A DNA stretch of 64,000 bases, taken from the NCBI GenBank assembly GCA_963789265.1, contig CAWBKB010000003.1, forward strand, positions 928,001-992,000. The letters run 5' to 3'. A program made the translations under genes and the position numbers. This document shows, in pieces, positions 61,246-64,000 of the stretch (position 1 is the stretch's first letter; every line of letters starts with the position of its first letter). The notes below the pieces were generated by a model. That model saw only the letters and a list, made by a program, of their open reading frames with translations. It was not told the origin of the DNA and ran no database searches. This DNA is from an uncultured delta proteobacterium (GTDB lineage Bacteria; Desulfobacterota; Desulfomonilia; Desulfomonilales; Desulfomonilaceae).

Positions 61246-62351
61246 ATGGAAACCCCAAAAATTGGTGTCGGCCCCACAGGTCCGGTTGCCGGGCTTATTC
61301 AGTTCCTGGCCTTTGCAGTTGCCGGAGTTGTCATCTTCGTCTATGCAATCCCTTCAGATCTCATCGTCATGAAGATTATCCCCGCAACACTACTGATGCT
61401 GGTCGCCCTCGGCCATCTTGTGCTGCTTGGAGACAATTTTCCTCTGGCGCCGCCGGGTGGAACGTGGTGGACCCCCGACAAACCTCGTTACGTGGCAGGA
61501 ATAGGGATGACTGTCATTTGGGCCATCTTTACGTTCGGGCTGCTGCTCTTCATGAGATTCGTATATCCAAAATGGCCGTTGGGACCTCTCTATCTGTGGT
61601 TCGGTGTGATTGCGTTCTGGCTGACTTTGCTCTATGGAGTCAACTGGAACGGTTGGCCTTTTAAGGGGCGCATCCATCCATGGGGAACGATGGCGGCAGG
61701 CTTCATCATTGTCATGGGCCTCTCCATCTTGATCTGGAATTTTTTGACGAATCTGGATGGAACCCCTCTTGCCGCTACCCCCATGAATCACAAGGGTCCT
61801 TTCAATGTCAACTGGCTAACTGGATATCTGGTTCTGGTGTATTGCATGGAGCTTCGTGTTCAATCCTGTCTTCATCACACAGGGTTGGCCTTTCCGTTCT
61901 TGGGGACATCCTGGTGCGGCAGTGGGTCAGACCGTTCTTTCTATTGTCTTAGCTTACGTCTTCTGGCAGGGGAGTTTGGCCGTAGGTCTTAGTCCCACCT
62001 TTTCTTTTGCCGCTGTGGCCTCGTCCATCATCTTCTGGTCTTTGGTCTATAGCTGGCATCTCCAATTCTGGGGAGTTACCAAATACACGTTTTTCAAAAG
62101 GTCGATTTCGGCATTCATTATCGAGTGCATCATAGTCATGGTCTCGGCTTATCATATCGAAAGTGATTCTTGGCCCTGTAGCCGAGAAAATAGCAGCAGC
62201 GAAGTTACCCGCAGACGTAAGCATTCTCATAATCTATCTCAACCTCTGTATTGTCGGTCCGGCCCTCATCCTGCACAATGCCTTCTGGTTAAGATGGCCG
62301 TTGACAATACCGACTCCTCCGGGAACACCACCACCGGATCAAGCCGCATGA
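61246..62351 (+). CDS. Multi-pass integral membrane protein, putative transporter (+1 frameshifts near 61830 and 62145)
   Basis: About 10 hydrophobic segments once three frames are joined; repeated (G)WP(F/L) motifs; SD AGGAGG. Confidence 0.7.
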
Positions 62352-62440
62352 AAAAGTGCTTCCGTCGGCATTGCCGGTACTTGGAAGGCGAGGTGTAAGC
62401 CCATGAGACGAATTCGACATGCGGGCTCCATCCGGGGTTG

Positions 62441-62545
62441 GTAGAGGCTACCGTCGGGCGCCTGGGGCGAATGGCATTCGCCCCCACAGTTCCCCCATGG
62501 CGCGGGAATGACGGCCTGTCAGGGCGGGTTTCAAACCCGCCCCCA
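62441..62545. repeat. REP-like elements
   Basis: GGGGCGAATGGCATTCGCCCC and GGGCGGGTTTCAAACCCGCCC. Confidence 0.8.
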
Positions 62546-62659
62546 CGCCGACCCTTCAAAACTCTATGCATAGGATGGCCCCAAAGACATCCTTTGCGGC
62601 AACCGCTTTAGCTGATCGATACTCTTCCGAACTATTCATCCGGTCCAAAGGAGGCCATC

Positions 62660-63301
62660 ATGTATGTGAAGAACTGGATGCTGCCCGCACAATTTTCCAT
62701 ATCCAGTGACGCTTTGGCCACCGACGCACTGTTGCTGATCCGGGAGCATAATCTGAAAATTCTTCCCGTGGTCGACAATGGTCGGCTGCGTGGAGTTCTC
62801 CACCGTCGCGATCTCAGCGAGGCCGCACTGTGCGTCAGCGGCAGCGGTGATCTTTGCGAAATGAGGTACTTTTGTAACAAGCTCAAAGTCAAGGATCTTA
62901 TGGTCCGAATGCCTGTCACGGTTTCAATCAATGACACGGTAGAGAAAGTTCTTATCAAGGGTAAAGAGCTTATGATAAGCAGTTTTCCGGTTATGGACGG
63001 GGACAAGGTTGCCGGTGTTGTGTCGGATCGCGAGATATTTGTGACACTTTTCAAAATCTTGGAGGCAGGACAAGAACGCACACGGATCACCTTGAGGAAC
63101 GTCGCCCTGGAAAGGGGAACGCTTACAAAGGTTCTCGAAGTGGTCGAAGGGGCGGGTTCAAAGGCCCGTTCAATCTTCACGGTCCCGGAAAACGGTTCCG
63201 ATACGGTCAGAGTGGTGCTGCGTTTGGAAGCAGCGGAGCCTACCGTGGTTTACAAGGCCTTGCAAGATGAGGGATATGATATAATGGAAGCATCTGCTTA
63301 A
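62660..63301 (+). CDS. ppsC: CBS-pair protein, phenylphosphate synthase gamma subunit-like
   Basis: MYVKNWM, LPVVDNGRLRG, YF.NK.KVKD.MVR.P, GTL.KV..VVE.AG resemble recalled PpsC; context supports this. Confidence 0.72.
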   Translation: MYVKNWMLPAQFSISSDALATDALLLIREHNLKILPVVDNGRLRGVLHRRDLSEAALCVSGSGDLCEMRYFCNKLKVKDLMVRMPVTVSINDTVEKVLIKGKELMISSFPVMDGDKVAGVVSDREIFVTLFKILEAGQERTRITLRNVALERGTLTKVLEVVEGAGSKARSIFTVPENGSDTVRVVLRLEAAEPTVVYKALQDEGYDIMEASA

Positions 63302-63315
63302 CGAGGCGAGACTGC

Positions 63316-63903
63316 GTGCACGGTATTTATAAGAAGATCTACGAGCTGGCCGGGCCTTATCTGAATACCAGATCTAATGACCTTCACACCCGTACAGCTT
63401 ACTCTTTTGCATTAAATCTCCTGGAGGCTGAGGGAGGGGACGAGGAGATTGTTATCCCCGCTGTGTTGCTTCACGACGTGGGCTGGAAGACGGTCCCCGA
63501 AGAGCTACAGATTAAGGCATTCGGCCCCGGCGACGTAGACCCTGAAATCAATAGAATACATGAAGTCGAAGGTGCGAAGATTGCCAAAGAGCTGCTTGGA
63601 CAGGTAGGTTACGACCCCGCCCTGGTGGACCGGATCGCTGAGATAATTCTGGGCCATGATTCAAGGCGCAAAGCGATCTCACTCAACGACGCTTTGGTAA
63701 AGGATTCGGATAAGCTGTGGAGGTTCTCGCACGCCGCTATCGGAGTGGATCCCTTTCGTTTCCATGTGGACCCGCGTGACCATGTGGCCTGGCTCGGCAA
63801 CAGCATCTACACGTGGTTCTTCACGGAAACCGCTATCAAAACGGCCCTTGCCGAACAAAGATTGCGACTTCAAGAGTTGGAAAATTCACTGCCGTCGATC
63901 TAG
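63316..63903 (+). CDS. HD-domain phosphohydrolase
   Basis: H...LLHDVG...HE..GA...GHD...DSDKL metal-binding pattern. Confidence 0.85.
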   Translation: MHGIYKKIYELAGPYLNTRSNDLHTRTAYSFALNLLEAEGGDEEIVIPAVLLHDVGWKTVPEELQIKAFGPGDVDPEINRIHEVEGAKIAKELLGQVGYDPALVDRIAEIILGHDSRRKAISLNDALVKDSDKLWRFSHAAIGVDPFRFHVDPRDHVAWLGNSIYTWFFTETAIKTALAEQRLRLQELENSLPSI

Positions 63904-64000
63904 TCCGCTGAGAATACCGGCAGTCAGGGCATAGGCGTTAAAATAGGCTCCAAGTCCACTTCGTCCCGGAGGGACGGCACCATAGTAGCCCGGCGCCTCT

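Overview
Bacterial chromosomal window. Gene content and style suggest an anaerobic Desulfobacterota/deltaproteobacterium, possibly Desulfomonile-like; this is inference only. Left to right: the rpmH-rnpA-yidD-yidC-jag-mnmE block (no dnaA or mnmG alongside), a phosphoketolase, an outer-membrane barrel, an XRE-S24 repressor with a lytic transglycosylase, radA, a radical SAM protein, dodecin, a pseudouridine synthase, ftsH-folP-acpS, serS and a peptide ABC transporter. An ~11 kb Cys-rich metal-handling cluster follows (HMA, DUF2318, MacB-like ABC, CusBA, NosL), then an adenylate cyclase and MqnL/MqnP-like quinone genes. The most notable part is at 50-64 kb: a LysR-divergent anaerobic aromatic-activation cluster with ubiX, phenylphosphate synthase ppsA/ppsB/ppsC, a single PpcB-type UbiD carboxylase, an atypical CoA ligase, two Tm-1-like (UPF0261) proteins, an unknown membrane protein and an HD phosphohydrolase. 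Intergenic DNA is rich in REP-like palindromes, including a 174-bp IS4-type MITE inserted into one REP with an 11-bp target duplication. Twelve single-base +1 frameshifts, one of them in essential yidC, look like long-read sequencing errors rather than pseudogenes. All family assignments come from recognised motifs and recalled sequences, not database searches. No rRNA, tRNA or CRISPR array was seen.
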